DNA of 64,000 nucleotides, from contig JBITNC010000001.1 of NCBI GenBank assembly GCA_050084985.1, forward strand, positions 42,098,001-42,162,000, written 5' to 3'. A program made the translations under genes and the position numbers. This DNA is from Nageia nagi (lineage: Eukaryota > Plantae > Pinophyta). The notes beneath the pieces are model-generated. The model saw only the letters and a list, made by a program, of their open reading frames with translations, was not told where the DNA came from and did no database searches. This document shows, in pieces, positions 63,195 through 64,000 of the stretch. The stretch's first letter is position 1, and each line of letters begins with the position of its first letter.

Positions 63195-64000
63195 CCTTTG
63201 GCAATAAATAATGCCTATGTGTCCAGAGTGGTTAGGGAGACAACATAATTCACATGTAACTCAGCGGAATCCATTTTTGTCTTTGTTATTAGCCCATAAA
63301 CAATCTTTGAGAAGTTTTTCTAACTTCTTGTAGCAATCTTGGGAAGGGATCTAATATGAAGAATAATAAACATAAGTGGAGGTAAGGAATTTAGAACAAA
63401 TTTGAAATTTCCCTGCAAGCAAAAGCTTCTTAGATATCTAGTGTCAGTTTTTTCCACCCTTTGAATCACATGAGTCTAGAGTTGGGCCTGGGTGGCTTGA
63501 AAAGCAAAAGGAATACTTAAAAATTTGAACACTTCTCTTGGTTGAATCCATTGCCATTGATATTGCATTAGCCATTTGGGAAAATCTACCATAGATTATC
63601 TATAACAAGAGGTTTTACTCCATTAGGTACTGGAAGTAGAATCTTTGTAGAAAGTGTCCAAACATTTCGGACAGAGGTTTGGTATTCCCTCAAAGTGAGG
63701 AAATAATCATCTACAAAATGATCATTAATAAGCTATCCTTGATTTACAAGAAGAGAAATGCTATGGAGTGTCTCTTGGGATGCCTTGGTTGTAAGCAGGT
63801 AGCCAAAGGCTTCAATAGCTAACACATATAATGAGGGAGCTAAAGGGAAACCTTGTCTAACTAATTTGTGTAACGTAATTGGAATATTTTGATTACCATA
63901 AAGGGTGATAACTGCTGAAGCATTAGAGAAAAGCATCTTAACTTTATGTAATGAAATGGGGTCAAAACCAAGAGCTTGGAGCATTGCAAGAATAAAATTC
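63195..64000 (-). mobile_element. LINE (L1-like) reverse transcriptase remnant
   Basis: VRQGFPLAPSLYVLAIEAF, HFVDD (FADD motif), FKFLSIPF, LWANNKDKNGFR*VTCELCCLP..GHIGII. Confidence 0.85.

Overview
Plant nuclear genomic DNA: AT-rich and TE-dense, with a giant intron that suggests a large-genome gymnosperm or conifer (inference). Two host genes lie divergently. The first is an intronless C2/CaLB (SRC2-like) gene on the minus strand (2026..1134) with a single frameshift. The second is a complete 10-exon plastid-type glutathione reductase (21552..49166, 558 aa) whose first intron is 24.4 kb and holds a nested TE stack: an old Copia, Gypsy remnants, a hAT transposon, two solo LTRs and a non-autonomous LTR element. 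That last element carries an intronless PDS5 (cohesin regulator) N-terminal domain in the position normally occupied by gag. Two related full-length Ty1/Copia elements (5903..14271 and 53913..63194) share an unusual architecture: a ~3.4-3.5 kb leader bounded by conserved splice donor and acceptor sites, a conserved base-paired RNA block and variable cargo (PPR gene fragments in one copy) inside that leader, and a long 3' UTR with a hairpin-masked extra PPT and a covarying hairpin array. Old Gypsy, LINE, PPR and possible SINE remnants fill the rest. All alignments and translations were done by eye; no searches were run.
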